A stretch of DNA of 64,000 nt from Edaphobacter sp. (lineage in GTDB: Bacteria; Acidobacteriota; Terriglobia; Terriglobales; Acidobacteriaceae), in assembly GCA_965277175.1 (NCBI GenBank), contig OZ255715.1:2941216-3005215 (forward strand), read 5' to 3'. The position numbers were made by a program, and so were the translations under genes. Below, piece by piece: positions 19,604 to 29,334 of the stretch (positions within the stretch are counted from its first letter, which is position 1; each line of letters opens with the position of its first letter). Under the pieces are notes generated by a model. It saw only the letters and a list, made by a program, of their open reading frames with translations. It did no database searches and was not told the DNA's origin.

Positions 19604-20497
19604 ATGCGAGTATTTGTGACGGGATCAACGGGCTTTATCGGAACTGAACTGGTGAAGGAACTCATTGCGGCTGGGCATCAGGTGCGTGGTCTAACGCGCA
19701 GCGATGCCGGCGTGGAACAGTTGAAAGCTGTGGGCGCGGAGGTCCATCGCGGAGACTTTACCGATCTCGATTGCCTGCGCAGCGGGGCGCAAGGGATTGA
19801 TGTCGTGGTGAACCTGGCATTCAACCATGACGACATGTCGAAGTTTGCGCAGAGTGCGAAGGACGAGACCGAGGCGATTGAGGCACTTGGATCGGTGTTG
19901 GAGCCCGGCAAGCTGTTGGTGGTAACTTCGGGGATCGGGATTACGGCCGGGGCCCCGGGCCAGGTCCGCAAAGAGACCGATTCTCCAGCGGAGTCGCAGG
20001 CGATGCCGCGCAGGCCGGAACAGGCGGCGCAGGCAGTAGCAGCAAAGGGTGTGTACGTGGCGATTGTGCGCCTGCCGCAGGTGCATGACACGCGCAAACA
20101 AGGACTGGTGACGAGGGTGATCGAAATCGCGCGTGAGAAGCGTGTATCAGCGTATGTGGGCGGTGGCACGAACCGCTGGGCCGCCGCTCCGCTACAGGAT
20201 GTTGCGCACCTCTATCGTCTGGCGGTCGAGAATACAGGACCTGGCGTGACAACGTATCACGCGGTTCAGGAAGAGGGCGTTTCGCTGCGGGACATCGCGG
20301 AGGTGATTGGAAAAGGGCTCAACGTCCCACCAGTTTCGATTTCGGCTGAACAAGCCGGCGAGCATTTCGGGGTGTTCTTCGGGCACGCCGCGACGATGGA
20401 TATGCCGGGTTCGAGCGAGTGGACGCGCAAGGCACTGGGCTGGGAACCGACTGGACCCGGATTGATCGACGATCTGACAAATATGAAGTACGTCTGA
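19604..20497 (+). CDS. Atypical SDR / NAD-dependent epimerase
   Basis: TGSTGFIG, LAFNHD, IVRLPQVH; RBS AGGAGG sets the start at 19604 rather than 19280. Confidence 0.9.
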   Translation: MRVFVTGSTGFIGTELVKELIAAGHQVRGLTRSDAGVEQLKAVGAEVHRGDFTDLDCLRSGAQGIDVVVNLAFNHDDMSKFAQSAKDETEAIEALGSVLEPGKLLVVTSGIGITAGAPGQVRKETDSPAESQAMPRRPEQAAQAVAAKGVYVAIVRLPQVHDTRKQGLVTRVIEIAREKRVSAYVGGGTNRWAAAPLQDVAHLYRLAVENTGPGVTTYHAVQEEGVSLRDIAEVIGKGLNVPPVSISAEQAGEHFGVFFGHAATMDMPGSSEWTRKALGWEPTGPGLIDDLTNMKYV

Positions 20498-20533
20498 CCA
20501 AGCTGCTCTTAGCACCCTTCGTCCTCTTCGGTC

Positions 20534-21148
20534 TCACCTTGACCCGCAATGATTCCGCGTTCCGGTGATGAGGTTCCTTACGATCGCTTCGGCGGACTCA
20601 TCTCGTTTCTCACCGGCGACTCTGGCGATAGCCCCGTCGGCGGTGAGCGTCGCAAAGCCGTGAGCCATCGTCCAGATCGCAAGCGCAAGCTCTTGCGCGG
20701 CGTCCGGCGATGGCTCAATCTCAGCGGTCAAATCTCCGGCCACTGCAAACGCTCTTCGAGCCGACAAGTGAACCTCGGGGTAGGGACTCTTATCAATTCC
20801 TGACTGAAACATGACTGAAAAGAGATCGGGGTGGAGCGTCGCAAATTCGATGTAGGCAAGAAAAACTGCAACAAGTCGCTCAACTGGTGTGTCTTTCGTC
20901 TCTGCTGCCATGCGCAATTCCGTTTCCAGAGTGCGGTTGCCAAGCAGAACGATCTCGATCAGTAATGCACCTTTGTCCTTGAAGTGATTGTAGGGCGCGC
21001 TCACACTCACTCCCGCGGTTCGCGAGGCTTCGTTCAGGGTGAACCCACGCGGACCTTTTTTCCGCACCAGACCAAGCGCCGCCTGAATCATTGATGCCTT
21101 CAAATCACCGTGGTGATATGCCCTCGATTTCTTCTTCAAGGCGTACAT
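20534..21148 (-). CDS. TetR-family regulator (WHG-type C-terminus)
   Basis: YHHGDLK, AGVSVSAPYNHF, WTMAHG. Confidence 0.9.
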   Translation of the reverse strand: MYALKKKSRAYHHGDLKASMIQAALGLVRKKGPRGFTLNEASRTAGVSVSAPYNHFKDKGALLIEIVLLGNRTLETELRMAAETKDTPVERLVAVFLAYIEFATLHPDLFSVMFQSGIDKSPYPEVHLSARRAFAVAGDLTAEIEPSPDAAQELALAIWTMAHGFATLTADGAIARVAGEKRDESAEAIVRNLITGTRNHCGSR

Positions 21149-21177
21149 CCTTCCAAGCTCAATGGCGTCTTATTGTT

Positions 21178-21198
21178 AATATGAACGATGTTCATATT
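21178..21198. promoter_or_regulatory. Putative TetR operator
   Basis: Perfect 9-bp inverted repeat AATATGAAC-GAT-GTTCATATT between divergent genes. Confidence 0.7.
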
Positions 21199-21208
21199 GG
21201 AGCGCAAA

Positions 21209-21565
21209 GTGATTAAGATGACCATCCTTCTTCGTCGTAAGCCAGAGATGAGCCTCGACGACTTCGTCTCATACCATCGTAACAATCACGCTCCGCTATT
21301 CAGTTCGCTGGCGGAAGTGAAGCAGTATGTCCGGCGCTACGTTCAATGTCATGCGAGCGGCGAACAGCTTCCAGGGCTCCCAGACAACCACATCGATGGA
21401 TCGACCGAGCTGTGGTTCGACGATCTGGCAGGCTTGGCGGGTGTCTTCCAGTCTCCCAATTACATGACGACGATCCGCCCCGATGAAGAGAAGTTCCTTG
21501 ACCTTCACGCCTGCGAGTTTCTTGTAGGTACTGAGCATGAAGTCATTCCCCTGGTTCGTACATAA
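21209..21565 (+). CDS. EthD-domain protein
   Basis: LLRRKPEMSLDDF..YHR..HAP, DGSTELWF, IRPDEEKFLD; GTG start after GGAG. Confidence 0.85.
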   Translation: MIKMTILLRRKPEMSLDDFVSYHRNNHAPLFSSLAEVKQYVRRYVQCHASGEQLPGLPDNHIDGSTELWFDDLAGLAGVFQSPNYMTTIRPDEEKFLDLHACEFLVGTEHEVIPLVRT

Positions 21566-21589
21566 GCGAGCAGCGGAAAAGAGGAAACC

Positions 21590-22095
21590 ATGATCTTCAC
21601 TCATGAGGCACCAATCCCGCTTCCGGTTGGCGCCGTACATCTCGACGAATGGCTATACAGCCTCTCTGAAGCTGACTATAAGGCCTGCGCTCGCGGACAT
21701 CGTGCTGTTGGGACCAATGGAGGCGCTCAATTCGACGGCATGGTGAATGTGGAATCGATGGCTGGCGCGCTGCTGATTCAGCACTACCGAACCGAGCTGC
21801 TACAACCCGACCACGTACGGCTCTTTTCTGCTGCAAGTCGCGGCTACTTGATGCACCTTGTTCCCTTCATCTAAGTGTCACTTGGGAGATGCAAGTCTTC
21901 AGCGTCACGCCAGACGCGTCAACGCTTCGCTGCACAATCGATGTCCGGAATCCATCTTGGGTGCTCTTCGTCGGCCTTTTCAATGCAAGCAACTACTGGA
22001 TACGTCGGCATCTCATTGAAGAGACGCACGGATTTGCCAGGAACTTGGCAACAAAAGGACAGACTGTCGCCGCGACTCTTGTCGCGAAGGCATAG
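21590..22095 (+). pseudogene. Hypothetical protein, frameshifted
   Basis: ORFs 21590-21874 and 21889-22095 join if one base is restored at ccc-ttc-atc-taa (giving PFHLSVTWEMQV). Confidence 0.6.
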
Positions 22096-22178
22096 CCTTC
22101 GTCGAAAAGACCGCTCGACACCGATTGCAAAGGTATAAATGCGAATCAGGCTTTTCCAGTCTAAGCAAATCAAGGTAT

Positions 22179-24881
22179 TCACAATGACAGAGAATCGTAA
22201 TTTCGGCAGTTTTGGGCGTTACGTAGAAAACGCCGGTCGATCAGATGTGTCCCGAGATGCGCGATGCTTACGAATTCACGATGAAGTTGCGTGGGCAGGT
22301 AGGCGAATCGGGTGTTGATGAGTTCTGGGTGCGCTGTGGTGTCCATGTTGACGAGGACACGATCCGTGGTGAGTCCTTGGGAGCTGTGCGACGTGACTGC
22401 GTAGCCATGGTCAAAGTGCCGCATCTGCGATGTATCGAACGTCAGAGTTCGGTCCTTCTCGCCATCCATGCGAACGATCATAGCTGGGCCGTCGATCCGC
22501 TCGATGGTTCCCAAATCCCGGTTCTTCACGTCCATATCCGGCTTGCTCACCGTGAACTGAATCCGGTCTCCCTCCGAGAAATCGTGGACGATTTCGCGGT
22601 AGGCTGCGATGCCGTGTAGCCTTTCGGGGTTATAGGTGACGTGCTGGCCGTCTCGCCGCTCGACCGTAAGCTGGTTGTCCTTGGGGTTGATGGAAACGAC
22701 GGTGGCGTAGGTGCCGCGCTCGATTCCGAGTTCCTTGCTACCTCGGGTGTAGTAGAGAACGTCCGCTGGCTGGTACAGAGCAGCCCAATTCCGGTCGGCA
22801 CTGGTCAGTTCGGATCGCTGCGTGAGAACGGTGATCGGATGGTTCTCTTTCGGCAGAGCACCGCTGTTCTGCAACTCCGCGCGGACTGCATCGTTAATGT
22901 CGCGGCGGCTGGCATTGTCGGGCGAAACGACGAGCGTATTTTCAGGCCGTGCAACGTAGTCTTTCGCGATAGCCTCGATCCGCTGCTGGCGGTCGGGGAT
23001 CTCACTGATGCGGCCCTGCTGCTGGAGAAGCTGAATGCCGGTGCTCGTCTCGTTGCGCGAAAGGTGTTCGACGGCGCGGAGAAGTTCCGGGTCCTTTTGG
23101 CGAACGATCTGGTCAAGCTGGGATGTCCGCATACCGGCTTCCTGCATCTGCTCGAAGGGCTTTCCGGCGTCTACGCCTTGGTGTTGCCGGGTATCGCCGA
23201 TGAGCAGTACCCGGTCTTGCGGGCCGATCTTTTCGAGGAAGGCTTGCATCTGGCGGGTGCTGGCGAGACTGGACTCGTCGAGCATGTAGAGATGCCGTGC
23301 GTTCGGGTCTCCCGCGTTCCGCTCGACGCCTCCACGCGCAAGGAAACCTTGCAAGGTGTCGGTTGGAATGCCAGCGTCACGGAGCTGGCCGACGGCGCGA
23401 CTGGTGGGCGCAAAACCCTCTACGGCGTAGCCGTTTTTCTCCGCACCCTCGCGAATACTGGATAGAGCTGAGGTCTTGCCTGAGCCGGCCAAGCCCTGCA
23501 GCCCATGTATCCGGTCTTGCGAGGTAAGCACCTCCTCGATGGCTCTTTGCTGCGCCGGATTTAGGAAGTCGCGGGAGCGGGCATGGGCGGCGGCTTCCTC
23601 CTGACGCATGATCGGTTCGGAGGTCTGTCGCCCCTGTTGCATCTGCTGGATCGTCGAAAGCTCCTCGGCAATCGCCTCACGGGTCGTGAACTGGCGACCA
23701 GTTTCATGCTTCTGTCCGGGTGTGATCTGGAACTCGCCGGAGGTCACTCGCTGCTCGAAGTGGCCGCGCACCTGGCTGTACGTCAGGTCGCCCATGCCAC
23801 GCCGGAGGGCATCGCGCATGATGTCTCGTTCATCGGTGACGGCTTCGCGCTCGAAGTTGCGGCTCTTGGCGAAAGTAACCGCTTCCTGAACCCGCTCCGG
23901 TGTCGCTGCAAGTGGGTTCCGTTCCATGTTGTGCGCGCGATCTCTTGCCTCCTGGACGACTCGATCTGCCTGATTGCCGAACTCGGCGGCAACCTGCCTA
24001 TGAGCGGCCAGCACCTCGGACGGAGTATGGATTTCTTTTTTGTCGCGGGTGGTATGGGCGGCGATCTGTGCGGCCTCCGGCCCAGCAAAACCACTCTTTT
24101 CGAGGTATTCCCGAATCTGCTGGCTGCGGGGGCTGGAGGCGTCAAGATACTCCTGCGTGTAGCCCTTGATCTCGGGCGCGCCGCTCCGTCCCGGCGCAAT
24201 CTCATAGCCCAACTGAGAGAGCCGGTACATCAGCTCCGATTGGTAGACAGCGGTCGCAAACTGCTGACTGTCGAAGTAACTTTGGGGCTGGACGGCGCGA
24301 GTGGAGCCGTCCGCGCGTTCCGTCATATTGAAGATGACGGCGTGGGTGTGGAGTTGCGGCGCGGCATAGCCATCGACGGGGCGGGCGGTGTCATGCTCGA
24401 ACTTGGCGGCAACAAACTTCCCGGTTGTTTCGGCGGCGTGGTTCCCGCCGATTCGAGCCTGAGTGTATCGCTCCAATTCGGTGAGAGCGGTTGTGACGGC
24501 TTCCCGGTGCGCCTCGCGCACCCGGTCGTCTCCACCGACAAGGGCGGTCAGCGACACGGACTTTGGGGCTGAGAACGTGGCATCCCAACCTGCCCGATGC
24601 TCGACGGGTTTAACGGTGGTTCCGTCTGCGGTGATGTACTCCTGGCCGTTGCGGTGCCGAACCAACTGCTCGCCGGTGAGGGGATTCTGCCCTTCACTGA
24701 GGCGAGCGAAGTGCTGCGCGTCGATGCCTCCGGCAAGACCATACTGCTCGGCCATCCGTCCTTGCCATTCTCCAAGGATCGCGTCGCCCTGCTTCCAATA
24801 GTTCTGTTCGGCAGACGTGAACTCCTTGGCGTGATACGTCTGCGCCTGACCGGAGCTGAGCGGTTTGGAGATTGTGAGCAT
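22179..24881 (-). CDS. MOBF (TrwC/TraI-like) relaxase-helicase, 3'-truncated at ~22300
   Basis: N-terminal Tyr region, DATFSAPKSVS, HDTAR, PQLHTH (HUH), helicase GLAGSGKT and DESS, HGYAVTSHSSQG; homology stops at RFAY. Confidence 0.92.
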   Translation of the reverse strand: MLTISKPLSSGQAQTYHAKEFTSAEQNYWKQGDAILGEWQGRMAEQYGLAGGIDAQHFARLSEGQNPLTGEQLVRHRNGQEYITADGTTVKPVEHRAGWDATFSAPKSVSLTALVGGDDRVREAHREAVTTALTELERYTQARIGGNHAAETTGKFVAAKFEHDTARPVDGYAAPQLHTHAVIFNMTERADGSTRAVQPQSYFDSQQFATAVYQSELMYRLSQLGYEIAPGRSGAPEIKGYTQEYLDASSPRSQQIREYLEKSGFAGPEAAQIAAHTTRDKKEIHTPSEVLAAHRQVAAEFGNQADRVVQEARDRAHNMERNPLAATPERVQEAVTFAKSRNFEREAVTDERDIMRDALRRGMGDLTYSQVRGHFEQRVTSGEFQITPGQKHETGRQFTTREAIAEELSTIQQMQQGRQTSEPIMRQEEAAAHARSRDFLNPAQQRAIEEVLTSQDRIHGLQGLAGSGKTSALSSIREGAEKNGYAVEGFAPTSRAVGQLRDAGIPTDTLQGFLARGGVERNAGDPNARHLYMLDESSLASTRQMQAFLEKIGPQDRVLLIGDTRQHQGVDAGKPFEQMQEAGMRTSQLDQIVRQKDPELLRAVEHLSRNETSTGIQLLQQQGRISEIPDRQQRIEAIAKDYVARPENTLVVSPDNASRRDINDAVRAELQNSGALPKENHPITVLTQRSELTSADRNWAALYQPADVLYYTRGSKELGIERGTYATVVSINPKDNQLTVERRDGQHVTYNPERLHGIAAYREIVHDFSEGDRIQFTVSKPDMDVKNRDLGTIERIDGPAMIVRMDGEKDRTLTFDTSQMRHFDHGYAVTSHSSQGLTTDRVLVNMDTTAHPELINTRFAYLPTQLHREFVSIAHLGTHLIDRRFLRNAQNCRNYDSLSL
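22184..22300 (+). pseudogene. 5' stub of a cargo gene (resembles carboxymuconolactone-decarboxylase-like N-termini)
   Basis: With one extra A removed it reads MTENRNFGSFGRYVETPVDQMCPEMRDAYEFTMKLRGQV, then runs into relaxase DNA. Family call is from memory only. Confidence 0.4.
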
Positions 24882-24889
24882 GGGCGGTC

Positions 24890-26965
24890 TCAGACACGAA
24901 TCGTTTCATCGGCTGCTATCGGTACATCCTCTTCTTGATCGTCGTCTGGGGTGTCGGGATTTGCTCCACTGGACGCGATCTCCTCTTCGGCTGGCTCGTC
25001 AGGCTCCGAGTCGGCTTCGTCCTCCGTCGCGGCAATCGAGGGGGTTGGAGTGGGCGCTGGGGCGGGTGTGGCGGCCTCCAAATCGATACTCGGCGCGACA
25101 GGTGCCGACGCCTTCGGTACGAGCGTCTTCGGATCGAATGGAAGCTCGTCACCCTCCACCTTGCGCGGCACGAATCCGGGTGTGGTCTGTGCCACGTCCA
25201 TGTACTCGAAGTGGAAGCGGGCCACGTTGTTGCCCAGCTTCAGGAAGGCATGGCGGTTCTCCAAACCGGAGATTTCTGAGTCCATGACCAGCGGTTCAAC
25301 CTGACGGTCTATGGTGAAGTTCTTGCCAGAACGGGAGCCGTCGAAGTGCGTCTCCTTCATACGCTCGATCTCGATTTTGCCAATGGCGTTTGATACCCAT
25401 TCGGCTGCTTTCGGCTCCGTCGTTTTCAGGAATATCTTGGTTGCGGGCTGCGAGAGCATGACCTCGGCAAGATGTCCGTAGATGACCTCCAACTGCGCTT
25501 TTCCCTGAAATCCGAGAACGAGTGGGTTCTTGGATTTCCGGTTTTCGGTGATGGCCGTATGGAGTTGTGGGAGCCGCTGGAGGCTGGCAAGTTCGTCAAG
25601 AACAAACCAAACCGGAGTTTGGTTTTCCTGCGGCGCGGTGAGCAGACGCATAACGAGCAGGTCGATCCATAAACTATGCAGCGGTCTCAACGCCTCGCGT
25701 TCCGTAGCGCTCGACGTGATGAAGATCCAACCTTTGCGTTCGACCGCCCATTCGGTCGCACTCCACGTTTTGTTCATGGCCTGCTCCTTGGTCGGGAGCA
25801 TCCGAAGGCTGTCCGCCACCAATCCGAGTGAGGCCAGAACGCCGTTCCGCTGCTGCTGTGCGCCTTTGGCAATCATGGCCTCCATCTCTGTCCCGCGCAC
25901 TCGCTGGTCGATCTCGGCGGGATTGGAAAGCCAGTCCACAAGCTGCTGCGGATTCGGTCCGTAGGTTAGAAGATGAGCGAAGATCTTCTGAGGCGTCTCG
26001 GTGAAAAACTCACCCTTCTTATCGCTGGTCGGCTGGTAGAGCGACGCGGCGATAGCCTTGGCCTCGGCCTTACGGCGCAATTCCTCGGACGGTCCCCAGT
26101 AGGGGCACCGTTCGTCCAAAGGATTGAGAACCAGGTCGCCCCGCTTCTGGTCGTAGAACCTCTGAATGAACTCGCAAGCCGGGTCGTAGACGATGGCCGA
26201 GTGCCCCCGGCTCTGTATCTGCCGGAGCACCTGCATAATCAAAGTCGTCTTTCCGGCCCCCGTATCGCCCATGAGTTCGATGTGCTGCGCCTCGGCCTGC
26301 AATGGGATACGCATCATCTCCTTGGCTTCGGTCGTCACGAAGCCGATTCCATCGCCGTTCACGGTCTTGTTGAACTCTTTCGGAGTGAGCAGGACAGGGC
26401 CTTTGAGCCGCCGTCCGTACTTCAATTCCTTGCGACGGCGGATGTCTTTGCGGATGGCGAACGGGAGCTGCACGAGCAACGAAAGGAAGCCGAAGAGAAG
26501 CGGCGGAGCATAGATGCTGCGGAGCTGATCGCCGCCGAATACGGCAGTTCGGAGGTAGGCATGGAGCGGCGCATCGAAGAATGTCTGCTCCGGGCCGCGA
26601 TACAGAATGCGGAGACCCTGGGCGGTGGCTTGGGCCGATACGGCAAGCGGGATGTGCTTACCATTCGGGGTGGTGGTCACGCCCTCCTGCACGTCAGACT
26701 CGGTTGCGAGGCGGGCGAATTTCGCTCCATCCCCGACGTAGAGAAGCTGGTATTTGCCTTTCCTGTTGAGCGCTCCCCCTGCCGCGCTCTTGGCGTAGGT
26801 CGGTGTGTAGAACTGCTGCAAGGGAGTTTGCCCGTAGCTGAACCGGAGGTAGACAAAGATGCTCGTCAGAATCAGCGCAAAGAAGATCGCGCCGTAGCTG
26901 TATATGGGTGAGTGCGGCGGAAAGATGATGGTCTCTTTGCGGCCCCATTGTGTGTTGTTCATCAT
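24890..26965 (-). CDS. Type IV coupling protein (TrwB/TraD-like)
   Basis: Two TM helices, GDTGAGKT, YDP, LDELASL, acidic low-complexity tail. Confidence 0.9.
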   Translation of the reverse strand: MMNNTQWGRKETIIFPPHSPIYSYGAIFFALILTSIFVYLRFSYGQTPLQQFYTPTYAKSAAGGALNRKGKYQLLYVGDGAKFARLATESDVQEGVTTTPNGKHIPLAVSAQATAQGLRILYRGPEQTFFDAPLHAYLRTAVFGGDQLRSIYAPPLLFGFLSLLVQLPFAIRKDIRRRKELKYGRRLKGPVLLTPKEFNKTVNGDGIGFVTTEAKEMMRIPLQAEAQHIELMGDTGAGKTTLIMQVLRQIQSRGHSAIVYDPACEFIQRFYDQKRGDLVLNPLDERCPYWGPSEELRRKAEAKAIAASLYQPTSDKKGEFFTETPQKIFAHLLTYGPNPQQLVDWLSNPAEIDQRVRGTEMEAMIAKGAQQQRNGVLASLGLVADSLRMLPTKEQAMNKTWSATEWAVERKGWIFITSSATEREALRPLHSLWIDLLVMRLLTAPQENQTPVWFVLDELASLQRLPQLHTAITENRKSKNPLVLGFQGKAQLEVIYGHLAEVMLSQPATKIFLKTTEPKAAEWVSNAIGKIEIERMKETHFDGSRSGKNFTIDRQVEPLVMDSEISGLENRHAFLKLGNNVARFHFEYMDVAQTTPGFVPRKVEGDELPFDPKTLVPKASAPVAPSIDLEAATPAPAPTPTPSIAATEDEADSEPDEPAEEEIASSGANPDTPDDDQEEDVPIAADETIRV

Positions 26966-27309
26966 GCACGCTCCAGGTCTTGCATCGCGTCTTCGGCGAC
27001 GCTGCGTTTGCGTTTCTTGACCTCGGCAACCATGTTGTCGAAGGCTTCCGGTGTGAGCTTTTGTCCCGTGGCAAGCGGGCGAAAGAGGTTGGTGAGCATG
27101 AGCCGGATGCCCATGATTTCTGTCAGCTCCGTGCTGGCTGCCACCACACCGGCATCACGGGCAAGCTCGTCAAGGATGAGCTTGCGGATAAGCTCGCCAG
27201 GTCTCACACCCCGTCGTTTTGCCAACGCAGTGAGATTGCGAAGCTCCTGCTGATTGAGTTTCGTTCCTGCGCTCTTCAGGCGAAAGCGGGTTCGTTCCTC
27301 CGCTTTCAT
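26962..27309 (-). CDS. Putative ribbon-helix-helix relaxosome accessory protein (TrwA-like position)
   Basis: Basic strand-helix-helix N-terminus (AGTKLNQQELRNLTALAKRRGVRPGELIRKLIL), first gene of the T4CP-relaxase operon. Confidence 0.55.
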   Translation of the reverse strand: MKAEERTRFRLKSAGTKLNQQELRNLTALAKRRGVRPGELIRKLILDELARDAGVVAASTELTEIMGIRLMLTNLFRPLATGQKLTPEAFDNMVAEVKKRKRSVAEDAMQDLERA

Positions 27310-27311
27310 TG

Positions 27312-28166
27312 CTATTTCGCTATCTTCGAGAATCGCCATTGGATGAGCAGCTTGTCGAGCACCAGCGGGCGCGTCTCCGTGATGGACTCGCGCATCGTGA
27401 GAAGACGAACGTAATGATCCCCGATGCGAAGGTGGTCACGCTCCGCTTCGATGTCGGAGTTCACCACTTGGAAGTCGAGATATTGCGAAGTCTGGGGTCT
27501 GCCGACGACACGCCACGCATCGAAGTTGAGCAGACGGCGAAGGAAGTGGAACTGGTCGTCTGACGAAAGCGTTTCGATCTCCACCTGGTCGTGAAGCTGC
27601 TGCTCGAAGGCCTCTACACGCTGCTTGAGCCGAAGAAGGTCACGCTGTATCTGAGAACGAAGGAGCACTTTCATGACGTTGCTGGTGAACTGCGCCTTGA
27701 GTTCCCGTATCGCTCCGTCTGGGTCGCTTGGGAGGCGTCCCAACGCGGTCACGATGCCGGTCTTGGACCTTGCCCCTTCAAGTACCACGGCGTAATAAAT
27801 CTCGATCTCGTAGAGGTGGTCGAGCTTGGACTCGAAGAATTCGCGCCGTTGGTCGATGGCCGCGTCGATCAACGGGTCGCCGTAATGAGCGAAGGGCATC
27901 TCCGGTCGGTTGGTCTTGAAGAGGTACTGGTAGACGTGAAATCCCGGCCCGAAAGACTTGAGGGCCGCCTCCAGCCTCTTGACCGCGAACTCTTGTCCGG
28001 CCTGGTCAAGGCTCTCGAAGTCCACTCCGCAAACCCTTAGGATCATGCCAAGGTCGCCGCTCTTGGTGAGAAAGGTCGTCTCATCCCAGAAGCCGTACAG
28101 GTTGATGTTCGCGTTGAGCGAACCGGCCTCAGTCCACGGCTTGATGATCTTGGCAATTCGCAGCAT
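27312..28166 (-). pseudogene. virB4: VirB4/TrbE N-terminal fragment
   Basis: Follows virB3; FLTKSGDLGMILRVCGVDFES start; only 284 aa with no Walker A/B. Confidence 0.8.
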
Positions 28167-28462
28167 CAGCGTATCTCCACGTTCGGGACTTGTTGCTTGG
28201 CAGCGTCATAGCGCAACTTAAAGCGTTCGGACTTGCCCATGATCTTGAGAAATGCCGGGTCGGTCGTTGTGATCCAGCGACCGAAGATGTAGCCGCCGAT
28301 GAAGACTGCGGCTCCGGTGAGGAGCGAGTTGAACAGGTTGAAAGCTCCGACCGCGCCAACGCAAACGAAGTAGAAGACGGTGCGCTCGACTCCGAGATAC
28401 GTGAGGGGCTTATGCAGAGCCTTGTAGACCCGATTTCGGCGTCTTGGTGTGAGTTCTGTCAT
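28166..28462 (-). CDS. virB3: VirB3/TrbD family protein
   Basis: ALHKPLTYLGVER, two TM helices, TDPAF; sits between virB2 and virB4. Confidence 0.85.
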   Translation of the reverse strand: MTELTPRRRNRVYKALHKPLTYLGVERTVFYFVCVGAVGAFNLFNSLLTGAAVFIGGYIFGRWITTTDPAFLKIMGKSERFKLRYDAAKQQVPNVEIR

Positions 28463-28513
28463 AGAGCCCCTCGCGGGTGAATTGAGCGTGAGTGGAATGA
28501 CGAGACCAAGGGG

Positions 28514-28840
28514 CTATGAACCCCAAAGCCAAGTCAGTATGTTGGTGGCCATCACCGCGATTCCGGTACCAGCCGCAACTCCGGCGAGAGTCTTCTTCGC
28601 GCCGGGTTCTCCGTGGGCGAACGCATACCCGCCCAAAACAATCGCGATCAGGCTGCTCACCTTAGCGATCGTTCCGGTGAAGAGCGTCTGAATGGATGTG
28701 AGACCTGTGTCAAAAGGCGAACTCCCGCTTTGAGCGTGGGCTGCCAGTGGAAACAGGAGAAGGGTGAGCAGTAAAGAGCCCGAGAAGTAAGGCCGATGAT
28801 TCGGCCTCTCAACTCGGGCTGCACGATGAAGCGTCTTCAT
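28514..28840 (-). CDS. virB2: VirB2/TrbC pilin
   Basis: Signal peptide (AAHAQ), SPFDTGL, two hydrophobic helices. Confidence 0.85.
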   Translation of the reverse strand: MKTLHRAARVERPNHRPYFSGSLLLTLLLFPLAAHAQSGSSPFDTGLTSIQTLFTGTIAKVSSLIAIVLGGYAFAHGEPGAKKTLAGVAAGTGIAVMATNILTWLWGS

Positions 28841-28907
28841 GTTTGCACCTCCATCCGACTCAAGTTCGTCGGGTATGGCGCAAACGTAAGGGTGTGGGAC
28901 GGAGCTC

Positions 28908-28948
28908 GTCCAATAGCAAAATGAGAATTACTTATTCCGAAACGGAAT
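28908..28948. promoter_or_regulatory. LysR-type box upstream of virB2, homologous to 3896-3936
   Basis: TATTCCG-AAA-CGGAATA palindrome; 29 of 41 nt identical to the block at 3896-3936 by manual alignment. Confidence 0.6.
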
Positions 28949-28968
28949 AGGGGCTAGCGATTTTTGCG

Positions 28969-29256
28969 TTATTCCAAGGCTAAGCTTCGGATGATCTCGG
29001 GTTCACCGACCCCTCCGCGATAGACGCATGACTCCGACTGCACTTTGCTCGTGCAACAGAAGGAGAACGATGTTCCGTCCGCGAACTCGAAGGAAAGCTC
29101 TTGTTCCTGAAACGATGTTTGTGTGAGTTTCGCTGAAGCAATTACTTTGCCGGCCAACTCTGGAAGTTCAATATCGTCCACGGAAAGCCTCTTCTGGCGG
29201 ACCGTTGCTCTGGATATCGGTGTGTGATCCAGACTAAAGGTTCGCAGGCATTGCAA
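28969..29256 (-). CDS. Hypothetical protein
   Basis: ORF only; start uncertain. Confidence 0.4.
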   Translation of the reverse strand: MQCLRTFSLDHTPISRATVRQKRLSVDDIELPELAGKVIASAKLTQTSFQEQELSFEFADGTSFSFCCTSKVQSESCVYRGGVGEPEIIRSLALE

Positions 29257-29282
29257 GTTTCTCTATCGGTTCATCGATCCAC

Positions 29283-29304
29283 AATGTTGTTCATGCACAA
29301 CATT
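29283..29304. promoter_or_regulatory. Putative XRE operator
   Basis: AATGTTGT-TCATGC-ACAACATT perfect 8-bp inverted repeat 30 bp upstream of the XRE gene. Confidence 0.65.
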
Positions 29305-29334
29305 ACAGTCTGATCCTAACGCCACGCTTAAGTA

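Noticed and set aside
5227-22300. IS elements or integron cassettes as the source of the cargo
   Set aside because: No transposase, terminal inverted repeats, IntI or attC-like repeats were recognised.
22641-26911. Long plus-strand ORFs (22641-23465, 23583-24572, 25973-26911)
   Set aside because: Antisense shadows of the relaxase and T4CP genes, with no motifs or RBS.
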